From NCBI GenBank assembly GCA_002633005.1, contig NMRA01000858.1, positions 9,293-73,292 on the forward strand: DNA of 64,000 nt. Reading direction: 5' to 3'. The stretch comes from Phoronis australis. Its lineage: Eukaryota; Animalia; Phoronida. Shown piece after piece: positions 52,100 through 64,000 of this stretch. Within the stretch, counting starts at the first letter, position 1, and every line of letters begins with the position of its first letter. A program made the translations under genes and the position numbers. The notes beneath the pieces were generated by a model. The model did not search any database. It was not told the DNA's origin and saw nothing but the letters and a program-made list of their open reading frames with translations.

Positions 52100-55016
52100 T
52101 ATGGTTTTTATATGGAATCATTCTTAATGGTCTCCACAGGGCATCTGCTGGGATCAATCTGTAGCTTGTCAGTTGTCTGTTGATTAATGAATGTCCGTTG
52201 TGAGCCTTCATCTAGCAGGATGTTGACCTTGGCTTTGTGTTGACCACTGGAGACTGTTGCGACAGCTGTTTTCAATAAAACAGGTCCAGACGTTGGTGTC
52301 AATTTCACATGAGTGGATGGCAGTGTTGGTGCAGCGGTTGCAGGCACAGGTGGGACGGGGGTTTGCACTGGGGCAGGGACTTCTGGCAGGTTGTAGTTGG
52401 GNAGTTGCGAACAGTGAGAAATGTCACCTTGGATTTGATGCCATGCGGATGTGAGATTTGATGGGAGGGGCTCGTCCCAACCATAATTGTCCATCCAAAG
52501 TCGCTGAATGAACAGTTTAGCACGCACTGTAACTGGATTAGCGAGTCCGAGTGGATCAAACAGTTTAGCAGCGGTACTTACTATGTCACGCTTTGTGATG
52601 GGGTGGTCGCTATGTGGCGCTGGATCAAACTGAGATGAAATATTCAGTTGGTCTGTTTGAGTGTTCCATTTAACTCCAAGAATTTTCACAGTGGTGGACT
52701 TCTCGGCAACATTATTGTCACGGGCAATGTCCATGAGTGCGGTGCTGTTGGAGCTCCACGATCTTAGATTAAATCCACCGTCATTCAGAAGTGTGCGGGC
52801 CTCTTCCAAAAAGTTGACTGCTGCTTTTTCAGTGGGAGTGCCAGTGATCACGTTGTTAACATAAACATTGTGGCGTATGGTTTCAGCAGTGTCTGTGGCG
52901 AGGACTGTCAGTACTTACAGGAGCGTTGTCTCGGCTGGCTTGTCGGGCAGTGACCTCGTTGTCAAGGGCTTGCAGTAGTTCTGTGACTGTCCATGGATTG
53001 GCACCATGATCACGGCTCAGTTGTGTCATCAGGTTCTGGGGCAGTTTCGTAGTGATGGTGTGGCTTTCTCTTTCCCAAGGTTGTGGAGTTTCCTCACGTG
53101 CGTTTCCATCTGGTCGTGGAAGCGTTGAAGGCTGGCAGTATCTGTACTCTGTGGCGGCTCGGCGTGGATGGCATCGTGGAGTTTGCGGAGCAAAACTTCT
53201 GGCTTGGCGTATCGTCGTTGGAGAACGATCAGGGCATCTTCGTAGTTGGTGTTTGTCAGTGGAAATCCGTCTATTACCTTGAGGGCATCTCCCAAAAGGT
53301 AGGATCGTAAGTACTGTAGCTTTTGTACAGGTTGCAGGAGGTCATCAGAGTGGATGGCTGCGTTGAATGAATCCCAGAATGACATCCATTCAAGCACATT
53401 TCCGGAGAATTTCTGAAGCTGTATATTCGGTAGTTGAGTTCGTTTCGGCACGGATGGAGTCGTCATAGGCGGCGTAGTTGTAGTCGTGGAGGCAGCTATT
53501 AGGATGGCTGCGTTGAATGAATCCCAGAATGACATCCATTCAAGCACATTTCCGGAGAATTTCTGAAGCTGTATTTTCGGTAGTTGAGTTCGTTTCGGCA
53601 CGGATGGAGTCGTCATAGGCGGCGTAGTTGTAGTCGTGGAGGCAGCTATTGGCGTGGCAGTGGGCGTCATTGTCGCAGTCGAAGCGGCGGCCGGCATTGG
53701 TGCGGCAGGCATGGACGTTGTTGGCATTGTTGTGGCAGGCGTAGAGGTGGCCGGCATTGTTGCGGCAGTCGTAGTAGTCATGGCAGCAGGAGTTGTGGGG
53801 CTGCTGATTATCGGTGTGGCAGTCGCTGGGTCAGTAGACGGTGGTGTGGTTCCTGTAGTCGTGGCAGGGTCTACGGGCATTGTTGTGGTTGGGCTGGCGG
53901 CGGCAGGCGCTGTGGATGGCGGAGTTGGCGTGGTCTTCAGTAGTTCAAACATTCTGGAGATCGCTGAACAGGCAGTATGTTTCCATGAAGAAGTTGTCGG
54001 TGTCCCCCAGGTAATTGAGTTTTTCGGCGTCGTCTGGCATGAGTTCTAAAAGTTCTTTCTGGTAATCTTCAACTGTGGATGGCGGAGCTGGCGTTCAAAC
54101 ATATCATCTCGTCGATTCTGGAGATCGCTGAACAGGCAGTATGTTTCCATGAGGAAGTCGTCGGTGTCCCCCAGGTAATTGAGTTTTTCGGCGTCGTCTG
54201 GCATGAGTCCTAAAAGTTCTTTCTAGTAATCTTCATATAGCTTTTGTTGTTGTGCGATTACGCCTAGACGGTTGTCTAGCGTTTTTAGGTCCTTGGCTTG
54301 GAGCGATTGCATCATGTCGGTGACTTCATCAATGTAGCGTTCTATGTGCTTTCTGGCTTGTTGTTGGCGTTTCTGGGCGAGATCCATGCTTCGTTGTAGT
54401 TAATGGTCATCGCGATCGTCGTGATCGTCTTTGAGACTAGTAGTTCGCAGTTGGCGTTGTGTCGTCGCTGGGCTGGCAGCAGGCTGGTTGAGTCAAGCTG
54501 GTTGGTTCTCGGTTCTTTTCCTCTGTTGGCCACGGCACCAGAAAATGTGGGGAAATTCTGGCTATATAGTATAGGGGTTCGCCGTGTGAGTTGCCTCGCA
54601 GTGTCGGTAGATACAAAGTGGTGATAACTAGACAGTTCAGCAGTGAACCTGTCCAAATAACAAGTCGTGTCATTGTGCTGAATAAATGGCAACTGATTTT
54701 ATTCTGCACTCCAAGTCATTTATATACACAATCATTGACAAAATAACTATGACACGTGGGCTAATACTAAGGAAATGACTAAACTATAATACAAAACAAT
54801 TCTTATAAATGATTCGATGCACAAGGAAGCTAGACCAAATAAGGCAGATTGTTACGTAACCAATTCCGGAGTTGAAGGAACTCTGTAGTAAACAAACTGT
54901 CTGTGACGTATGGCTGGACATTTGAGCTGAGACACATCTAGTTCCGGTCAGTATGAATCAGCTGATGGGCGAAGTGTCAAAACAAAAAACATACATTATC
55001 ACGGAAATCCGTGACA
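52100..55016 (-). mobile_element. BEL/Pao element 3: 5' LTR (54546-55016), tRNA-His PBS, gag and rearranged PR/RT pieces
   Basis: LTR TG...CA; PBS TGGTGCCGTGG at 54530-54540. Gag LPKIQLQKFSG...FWDSF, RT/A17 segment GFNLRSW...FDPLG, and protease LLDEGSQRTF out of order across the N at 52402. Confidence 0.9.
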
Positions 55017-55690
55017 GTTGTCGAGCAATTGCAGCTTGGGGCGCTGTACTCTCCGAGTCGGGTGTCTATCAGGTCATGTGGTTATCGGGGTTGGTGATAA
55101 TTTCTTGGCCTTGGCGATAAATCTGGTTGCGTGGAAAATGGTCTTCAGCACAGTGGACATGTAGGCATCGGTACTGATGATTTCGTCTTCTATGGCATCC
55201 TCGCCATCAAGCAGGGTTATTATGCTGTCATTGAGCATTTCTAGCTGAGTTCTCTTGGTGTGTATCTGGTTTAGAACCATCTCCAGGTTGGCAACAAGGT
55301 CCGATGGAGTCGCAGTCATGAATTGGGGGGCACGATCGATAAGCTTCGTCATGAGTCCTCGGTGCGCACCGCGTACCGTCTTCTGGTGGGTCAGTTGAGG
55401 AGCCGTCGTCGCACAGGTCACTGCACCAAACAATGTAGTACCGGTATAACACAACTGGCAGTAGCAAGATGAGGACTGTCTTCATTAGACAAGTGAACGG
55501 ATTTATATACAAGTTACAAATATGAGGGTTGCATACACTAAACTTCATGATTCTAGATTCTACAGGAAATAACAGTAAACAACTCTAAGAACTTTCATAA
55601 CAATCATCAGAACTATTCTGTTGTGTTTGCCAAAAATGGTAATGGTCAGCTATCTTGAGGCTATGATTCTGTGAATGACCATTACACAAT
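55017..55690 (-). mobile_element. BEL/Pao element 4: LTR end, PBS and gag N-terminus, interrupted by element 3
   Basis: PBS TGGTGCAGTGACC at 55416-55428 next to the LTR end at 55434. RGAHRGLMTKL...LEMLNDSII parallels the gag start of element 1 (RAHRGKITQ). The far LTR boundary is uncertain. Confidence 0.75.
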
Positions 55691-56595
55691 CTTGTTTACT
55701 ACAGAGATCATCAAAACATATGTGGACGCGAATGGGTCGGTTGCTGACTCACCTGACAGCCAAAACAAGTTACTATAAACACAAACAATTTGTTAGCAAA
55801 GAAATAATATCAATAATACTGTCAAACTAACATACTAAGTAATATACATGTATCATGAATTTCACGCATTTCATGACAATGCCACACCATCCACTGAACA
55901 TCCAGTGAATGTAGTGATTGTTATGGATAATGTAAGACAAGGCTTCTCAAAGTTGAAACTGCTGTGATTAAAATGCATTGCTCTTTTATACAAATCCTTT
56001 GCTATATTTTCGTGATAAGTGCCCAAGTTGAGACACATTTTGCTGAATGCGGTGTGCACTGTGTCCTCGTCAATGACTAATTTCACCTTTTTTACAAACT
56101 ATGTACCATACGATATTTGTAAACCATTGCTTTTGTAGCTGTCTTTGCACAAGTATGACATAGAAACCTTAGAATCAAGATCCTCGATAAACATTATGAA
56201 ACCCTTACATCAGTCACTTTGATTATTTTTGTTTGGCTCACCCTAAAATCCAGCAACCAAAATACTAACACCACTTCTTGGCAATCAAACAAGGTAAACA
56301 GAAACAGAACTACAAGTTCAGCATGCATGAAACAATGCCAGAATTCTTTAGCTGAGTTTCAGGTGCACTTTTTTAAACAGCGTGGTTATCATGTCAATTG
56401 ATCCACAAGGCCTCAAGTCAACGGGGGGCCCATTTGTGGGACCTATGGGTCATATTAGAATTTTCTGTCATTTTCGATTCCAATTTTGGGGGAAGCTGCA
56501 TTTTGACCTCTGGCTGGGTTCCAGCTCGGTATTCTGCTCAGCGATTCATGATTGGTCAATACTGTAAACTGCCATTAGGCCTCCAACAGTTCCAC

Positions 56596-57790
56596 TTTTT
56601 ATGCGTCCACATATTTATATGTGGACGCATTATGCCGTCATCTCCGTCCGTCCGTCCGGGCGGCGTCCGGCGTCCGCTGCTCTATCTCCAAAACCCTTTG
56701 ACATACGTTCATGAAATTTGGCACATATGTTCCATTCATGAATGGGACGGCATGTGCGAACTTTCGGACGGATCCGACTACCGGTGTGCCCCCTAGTGGC
56801 AATTTTAGTTTTTTATGCTTACCTTTGTATCTTCAAAAGTCCTGAACGGATTTTTATGAAATTTGGTATGTAGGCACCTATTAGTGAGATGACGCTATCC
56901 TCCCGTTTTCGGATGGATTCGACATAGTNNNNNNNNNNNNNNNNNNNNNNNTAGTGAGATGACGCTATCCTCCCGTTTTCAGATGGATTCGACATAGTTT
57001 GCGCCACCTAGTGGCCATTTTTAGTGTTTTCGAGTCTGTTTTTGTGCGTCCACCCCTCTATCAACCAAACCGCTCAAAGGATGATTGTGAAAATTGGCAT
57101 GTATATGCTTACTATGTAGAGGACGGTTAACGATGATTTTCCGACGATTTCGACTACTGTGGCGCCTCCTAGTGGCATTTTTTGCGCCTATGGCTGTATC
57201 TCCTAAACCGTTCGCAGGATCTTTACGAAATTGTTTGAGTGTATTTATATGATGTTAAAAACGGAAGATGACGACTTTTGGACGGATCCGAATATCAGTG
57301 TGCCCCCTAGTGGCAATTTTATTTGTTTACGTTTACCTCTGTATCTTCACAAGTCCTTAACGGATTTTCACGAAATTTGGTATGTAGGCACCTATTAGTG
57401 CGATGACGCTATCCTCCTGTTTTCGGATGGATTCGACCTAGTTTGCGACACCCAGTGGCCATTTTTACTGTTTTTTAGTGTCCACCCATCTATCAACCAA
57501 ACCGCTATAAGTATGATTGTGAAAATTGGCATGTATGTTCTTACTATGAAGAGGACGATTGACGCTGAATTTCCCATGACTTTGATTACTGTGGCGCCTC
57601 CTAGTGGCAGTTTTTTTTTTGCGCCCATGGCTTTATCTCCCAAACCGTTTGCAGGATCTTTACTAAATTTAGCAAGTGTATTTATGTGATGTTGACAACG
57701 GACGATGACGACTTTAGGATGATTCTGACTACCGGTATGCCTCTAGTGGCAATTTGAGTATTTTACATTGACCTCTGTATTTTCATAGGT
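56596..57790 (-). mobile_element. Helentron-associated repeat with terminal hairpin, microsatellite and higher-order tandem array
   Basis: T-run, then the 14-bp perfect stem ATGCGTCCACATAT-TT-ATATGTGGACGCAT (56601-56630), (CCGT)n, then ~145-bp subunits in an A-B-C trimer of ~440 bp. Confidence 0.8.
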
Positions 57791-58549
57791 CTTCAGGTGT
57801 ATACTTTGTGTTTCTTCGTGACTATGAAGGAAAGGTTCCAAGTAGAAATTTGTGTCTGGCATTCTAATGCTGTGCTTATCTCGTATGTTGGTAAATTTGT
57901 TTTTAATTCTATGTTTCTGTGGTGCTTTAAGCAACTGATGTATAGGATGTGCTTGTATTATGAAGATCACTCACATTTTGCCCCTAGCCTATTGAGGAGA
58001 CAATGACCATCCTTTTCCATTTTGCAAAGTACAACATACTACATATATGCCCTCTACTGGCCACTTTATGGTACCAATAAACAACCCTAGAAGGATACCG
58101 TATACGGTGCAATTGTGGGCGCATTTCAACGCTCTGCGTTGTTCTTGTTTGAGAACGCTTCCATTGTTTGGCCTAACGATTTTTGTAAACTTTCACAAAA
58201 TAGTTCATTTATTCTTTGCAAAATCGAAATTAAAGATCATTGTAATTTTTTAGAAATATACACAATATTTTTTATGGCTTTGAAGAGTTTAATTAACTTC
58301 GTATTTTATTGTGCATTGTTATGCCATACACATTGATCAGCTGTTTGCCTCTGCATTCAAGCTGACATTTTGTATCAATCCTGAATGCACTGCATAATTA
58401 TACTTCAGGACAAAATAAGTTACGATATAACAAATACAGCCCAAGACATAAGATATAACAGAGTGTCAATAAAAGTATGTGTATGCACCTAACATGTGAC
58501 ATGCTCCTAAAATTATCCCCAGAGTCAGACCCTGGTATTTGGGGATTCC

Positions 58550-59405
58550 TACCTGAGCCCACAGGAAGCATGACGTTGAACTTTGATTCCACAAATTTGG
58601 TTCATTCACTCTTTATACCTCTGTCAGGTTTTCCCTTTCCTGTGTGCAGCGGATGCACACAGCATTTTTGGCGACACCTGTGGGGAAATTCTGGCTATGT
58701 AGTATAGGGGTTCGCCGTGTGAGTTGCCTCGCAGTGTCGGTAGATACAAAGTGGTGATAACTAGACAGTTCAGCAGTGAACCTGTCCAAATAAGTCGTGT
58801 CGTTGTGCTGAATAAATGGCAACTGATTTTATTCTGCACTCCAAGTCATTTATATACACAATCATTGACAAAATAACTATGACACGTGGGCTAATACTAA
58901 GGAAATGACTAAACTATAATACAAAACAATTCTTATAAATGATTTGACGTCGTCGACCAAATAAGGCAGATTGTTACGTAACCAATTCCGGAGTTGAAGG
59001 AACTCTGTAGTAAACAAACTGTCTGTGACGTATGGCTGGACATTTGAGCTGAGACACATCTGGTTCCGGTCAGTATGAATCAGCTGATGGGCGAAGTGTC
59101 AAAACAAATCACGGAAATCCGTGACAACACCAATATAAGCGGAGATTGTATCGATGGTTGGGACAGATAGAATTGAACTCCTGTATAGCCGAGGTAGATA
59201 GGCCACTTCTCGAGAGGATAAGTTCCGCTTCATTTACATCACCTCCCCTCACTTTCAAGCTTCTCAAATGTCTCGCGACATCCCTTATACATTGAACAAG
59301 CGTTTTCAGAGTTGTTGCTCCTGGCAGTTTGGAAAAAATGCCACATTTGATGGGACTGGCAGGGCCAGATAAATTTGCGAACCTGCACTTTAGATCAGCC
59401 ATCAT
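58550..59405 (-). mobile_element. N-terminal exon of a large DNA-transposon protein (tentatively Sola3-like), split by a solo LTR
   Basis: EAELILSRSG...ICPNHR...YW[LTR]CRQKCCVHPLH...RGIK...LPVGSG followed by a GT donor. A TTAA-flanked end candidate lies at ~60087. Confidence 0.5.
58679..59126 (-). mobile_element. Solo LTR of the element 3 family with 5-bp TSD
   Basis: Near-identical to 54546-55016 apart from small indels. TG...CA ends with ACACC on both flanks (58674-58678, 59127-59131). Confidence 0.95.
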
Positions 59406-60124
59406 TGAACCACTTGATGTTCGTGCTTTAGTTTGGTATTCAATTAGACGTACAAATCTAGTTTAATTTTATATTCAATGTCAACGTTTTGTGCTCTTAA
59501 GATTAATTTAAAACATTTAAGCAAATCATTTCTTTTAATTGTTATAATATATTTACGGCAGTTTTACAAAATTAAAATGCGTATAAACGGCAAACATATA
59601 GTGACTGGTTTTACACGACAAAGACCCGAAATTGGGGTTTAAATAGCATAATTCGGAACCTTTTCGCAAGAATGCTTGAAGGTCTGACAAAATTTTTTTT
59701 TGTTTTTATTTCAAGGGCATGGACTCTTCTACATGCCCATGTTTTCTTTTTCAGTTTTCTCGTGGGGGCAGCTGAGATACAAGGGTATAACCCACTGCTG
59801 GTTTTTCACAAGCATGAAAGGTACCTCCACCGAACCATTTTCAGTGTTACCATGGTAGCCGATATTTTAGTGTCGGTGCCGGTTTTGCTTTCATAAATCA
59901 TGAAATTGTCACAAGATGTCAAAATTCAGTAAATATCCGGTTTGAAGCAGAAACTGCTGTAGAAAGTGTAGTCAAAAATGTCTCGTTCCGCACCAAGAAA
60001 TTGCCGCATTTTGGCTCCCAGAAGGCTACCCTGGTATCTCCAAAACCATAAAACTGTGGCGTCATACTTCACCCAATTTCTCAAATCCTTAATGTGATTT
60101 ATTAGACCAAACATTCTGAATGGT

Positions 60125-60686
60125 TTACCCCCCTTGCCGCTTTTTGGCTGTACTAGTCAGTGGATCTGTGGACTGATACTTAATTATTTCTTGTCCCAGC
60201 ATAAGATAATTTGTAGTATCTCCTGTATTCCGATTCAATGAACTACATAGAGCACTGGCAATAAAACATCGAACCGCCTCTATCAGGGTTCGGTTATTAT
60301 GATCACACTGTCCATTGGCACTGGGCCTATAAGGCGCAGTACACATCTTATGGATTTTTGTGAATTTACACAACACTGAAATCAGAATACTTTCAAAATT
60401 AGAGATTTGATATGTGAATAACTGAATCTGGAAACCAAACCTACTAAAAACTTGGATTAACAGCTACCCTTGCAGTCTCTATGGCTGACTGGGATTCCAT
60501 TGGAATACATTGAACCCATTTTGTGAACTGGTCCATAATTGCTAGCACATGCCCATATCCTCTAGGCGTACGAGGTAAGGGACCTAAAAAATCCATTTGG
60601 ACACGCTCCATGGGAACAGAAGCATGATAAATAGTCAGTGGCTTCCCAGGACATCTATTAGGTCCCTTACCTCGCCCATGTTGCAA
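60125..60686 (-). mobile_element. Gypsy integrase (rve) fragment
   Basis: PMERVQMDFLGPLP...MDQFTKW and PYRPSANGQCD...NRTL. Confidence 0.9.
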
Positions 60687-60784
60687 AATATCACACCATC
60701 AGCTGACTGGGCCTGACCGAGAGCTATACAGGGTATTGTGGAGAAAGATCATTATTGAAAGCATGAACGGACTTCAGCTTGGTT

Positions 60785-61043
60785 TGTGACGTTATCGTTA
60801 TTCTGGTAAATTGGTGGCGTTTTGGCTGCCATATGCTTGTCTTTTGGGAATCTAAAGAGGTTCCCACCTTCCACCTGCCCGGTGTTTGAGCAGTTCGCGC
60901 ACACTCAGTGATGAACTGTGGCTAAACCACGCCAAGATAGAATAGTCTTTTTCCACCGTGCACAGTGTTATTGAATGGTGGTGAACTGCATTGTGTGATT
61001 TGATCCATTTCGAGTTCCCTACACCATATCATGGTGTCAGAAG
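60785..61043 (+). mobile_element. Possible LTR with tRNA-Leu PBS
   Basis: A TG...CA segment (60785-61031) is followed directly by TGGTGTCAGAAG (61032-61043), complementary to a tRNA-Leu 3' end. Confidence 0.45.
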
Positions 61044-61189
61044 AGGCCAACTGTTTGCAGATTTTTTTATTTTTGCGTTTTTAAAATAACTTTTGATACA
61101 ATTATACAATAATTTGGATAAAATACATACAAATAATAATACATTTTAACATACTTTGTCCTTGCAAATTTCACTTTAAATTCACACTG

Positions 61190-62090
61190 TAAATGACTCC
61201 TCTTCGCCAGGAACCTCGCGCTCTGACACTAAAAGCTCTGACTTGCCCGGTTCTTCTTGTTAATGTCTTGGGATGTGCACAACACCCTTTATTCATTCAA
61301 CCAATGAGCTACACCAAAGAGATTTCGTCATGCACTGTTATGAGTCCACCACGGTTGATTCTATCAGTCCAAATGGTCGTATACTCTAAAAATGAACTTG
61401 CTTTACTATTTTCTTATTACCAAGTCTCCAAAACACTCTTACATTCCCTATGAACAGTGTTCTCACTACTCAAAAACCACTTCTTTAAACTAAAAGAGAT
61501 ATACCCGGCCACACAACGTAACGTCATCTCTTCTTCTTTAGTCTTCCTCTTAAGAGCAGATGGCTCTGATTGCTTTCCCTTGTATTAGTACCTTACACTG
61601 GCCAATGTTTCTAAACATTTGGCGCACAAGTCTTAAAGCAACAGGTTGTTGTCTAGCAATACCTTATTCTTCGACATGAGTTCCCTATACTTTGAATACA
61701 ACACTTTGAAAGTGCGAAACTCGTGGACCTTGGTGAACATTTTCACTTTTTTATATGCACTTAAGTGTTCTGCCGTCACAGCACTCTAACATTAACCATA
61801 GTTCTGTCCACAAAATTGCAGATGTCCCCCTGTTTCAAGGTGGCCGTTGCCTTTCGAACGTCTTGACCGCGAGCCCTGGAAAGGTTCACGGATCACTTAT
61901 CACCTTATCTAACGCTTTGTGTGGCAACTGTAATGCTTTCAATGAAATGTTTTCTCTTGTCAATAGTCATGAACTCTGTCTACCCTCTGCTAAATTTCAC
62001 AAACCCAAGCATTAATACAAAGTCTTTGCTACAATGGCTGTTGAGCTGCATTGTACGAAAATATGATTCGTCTTGAACCACCATCTCTGC
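61190..62090 (-). pseudogene. Degenerate transposon-like protein with P-element/THAP9 C-terminal-like motifs
   Basis: KEEEMTLRCVAGYISFSLKK (~61480-61540) and TIWTDRINRGGLITVHD (~61325-61375), with many stops. Confidence 0.45.
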
Positions 62091-62099
62091 ATAACACCC

Positions 62100-63200
62100 T
62101 TGGCAACAATAGCTAGTAGTAAATAACTGGCATAAAAATGATCCAACTTAATCTGCATAGAGTTAAAAAATGCTTCATCAAAATACACACATTCCAAGTG
62201 AAAATCATTTCTTGCTAAGACGTAGAAGTCACGCCATGCTTCACCTGTAATGCCGAATTAACCAATACATGGCTCATAATACTCGTTCTCAGTTCGAAAC
62301 CATTTTCAGCGGCTTTCAAATAGCCTGCCTCTGTCACACTATCCTTCTTTTGTACCCTTTACTTCAAGTAGTCTCCAATTGAGGTTGGAATCGGAGTCGT
62401 AGATGTGCTGGTCAGGACTGCATCCTAATTGAGGGTTTAGTACAAAACCAACTTCATGTATGTCATTGTCAAAATCAGTGGAATATTTGGCAGCAGGAAC
62501 AGCTTTGTTGTCAATGCAAAATTGAATTGCCTCTAAAACAACAGCCTTCTTTCAAAAGGTCCACTGCTGGCACTTTAAAGTGACCTCCCTTTGATGTTAT
62601 TGCTTTGAAATTGGAGGCTGTTATTCGATGTCTTCTTAAGTGATACCACTCTTGGCATTATTTTGTGCCATGGTGTCTTTCGTACTGTTGCAATTCAATT
62701 AAAAACGTTTCTTTGGATCTTTAGATAATTTGTTAATCAGCAGGAAGTGAACGTGGATAAAAATTTAAGATTAGCACGTGCAAACTGAAGGCTGGAGGGG
62801 TCTCTGGCCCAATAAAACTCGAAGTTCATCAGGCTCTTCTTGATAGGACATCATAAACCGCTTTGGTACTTGACCAAATTTACTGTCTACCAAGTTTATG
62901 TCTTCCATCAGACTCCACTGATGCACTGATTGTGGTGGTGTAGTTTGTGTTTTAAATACTGGCAACATTTGCTGAACTGTGTGCTGGACTTCACTGAGTG
63001 GCATTGGTATTGGGCTCCACATGTTCTGACTCCATCTTCATAACGGTCTTTCTTGGGGAGTGGGTCTGCATCAGATGGGACTACTGGTTTTATGACCGTC
63101 ACGTCAGTCACAGGGCGAGTTGCAAAGCCATGTATATGTGGAAGGACATGTCATTGAGGGAGATGTTGATGAAACAATTTCAGACGCCTTGTTTATCTGC
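62100..63200 (-). pseudogene. YqaJ/lambda-exonuclease-like recombinase remnant (transposon accessory gene)
   Basis: In order: EWYHLRRHRITASNF (~62605-62650), GFVLNPQLGCSPD, LLEVK, YYEPCIG*FGITGEAWRDFYV and FDEAFFNSMQIKLDHFY. Confidence 0.85.
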
Positions 63201-63698
63201 AGTTGCTGAAAATGGCTCAGCTGGTACTCTGCTGGTCTTAAGACTGAGATGTTGGTTCGATCATTTGCACCCGCACCATTGAGGAAGCTCCAGCATTGTT
63301 AGAATGTCTGCAAAATGTTTTGCAAGCATTGTCCTTTGGGGTGCTTTAAGTAGCTGGGTTTAAAACGGCCACAATGATGGCAGACGTCTCCTTTAAAATG
63401 AGGCACACACTTGGTTTGGAATACAACAGGCTAACACAACGGAACGGCGAACCATTCGCCAAGACCCCAAGTGTCAGTCACACCCGTTCTTACATCAAAA
63501 TGCACCTGAAATACAAGTTGAAATGAGAGTGTATGGTTTTTTCAGTACAATATTTCAGTACTTACACATTTTAGAAGATGAGTGATTTTTGTGAATAAAA
63601 AGTGTTCACTTGAAATTCAATAAGTTTTAAACTATTTAAGATGCCATTTTCTGTCTTGAAGACAAGTTGTTAAAAACGTCCCTGGTGGGAATTTGTGA

Positions 63699-64000
63699 TT
63701 ATAGGAAAGCGAACGACGAAGTTAGATACATAGGTGGAATGTGAAGACTTTTCATGCACACAATATGAGCATTCACAAGAGATAAATTTGCAATAAACCA
63801 TAAAATGTACCACCAATATTTTTTACTGTCCCTTCCCACTGGGTAATACGATCTCAACTGATGTGACTTGTCAACACCACCCATGTATGCATTGTACTGA
63901 AGGTTGACTGTTGGTTTACCTTCACCAACGAAAAGACTGTGAATGGAAGACAGGAAGGTAAGATGACGTTTGTCCTTATAACTTGTAGCAACCATCTCGC
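63699..64000 (-). mobile_element. piggyBac (PGBD4-like) transposase C-terminal fragment
   Basis: KPTVNLQYNAYMGGVDKSHQLRSYY...KKYW...VNAHIV, the third catalytic-D region of DDE_Tnp_1_7. Confidence 0.9.

Noticed and set aside
53584-54049. Plus-strand Gly/Val/Arg-rich ORFs
   Set aside because: They are antisense shadows of the low-complexity BEL gag tract.
55871-56086. 71-aa minus-strand ORF as a further Roco exon
   Set aside because: It has no recognisable LRR or Roc motif and no convincing splice sites.
62010-62014. TAATG stop-start overlap suggesting coupled translation
   Set aside because: Both frames are decayed and the ATG frame closes after 10 codons, so this is probably chance.

Overview
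AT-rich, intron-containing animal genomic DNA (invertebrate-like; species not identifiable) from a draft assembly with many single-N joins and two N-runs. It is mostly nested, decayed transposable elements: L1/Tx1-like and other LINEs, four BEL/Pao pieces plus a solo LTR, Gypsy, Academ-like, hAT-like elements with 5-bp TSDs, Tc1/mariner-pogo MITEs, a CMC-like element with a THAP remnant, Helentron-type repeats, and YqaJ and piggyBac remnants. Two host genes are visible, both on the minus strand. One is exon 1 of a secreted CAP/SCP-family gene (1303-1521). The other is a spliced LRR-Roc (Roco) gene largely missed by the ORF track, rebuilt by hand from four exons across about 19.5 kb (20907-40351); it has three TGA stops and a frameshift, so it is probably a pseudogene. 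The Helentron-type repeats carry one CTCF-consensus-like motif per ~145-bp subunit. No prokaryotic system, CRISPR array, rRNA or tRNA gene is supported. All family assignments come from manual motif recognition, not database searches.
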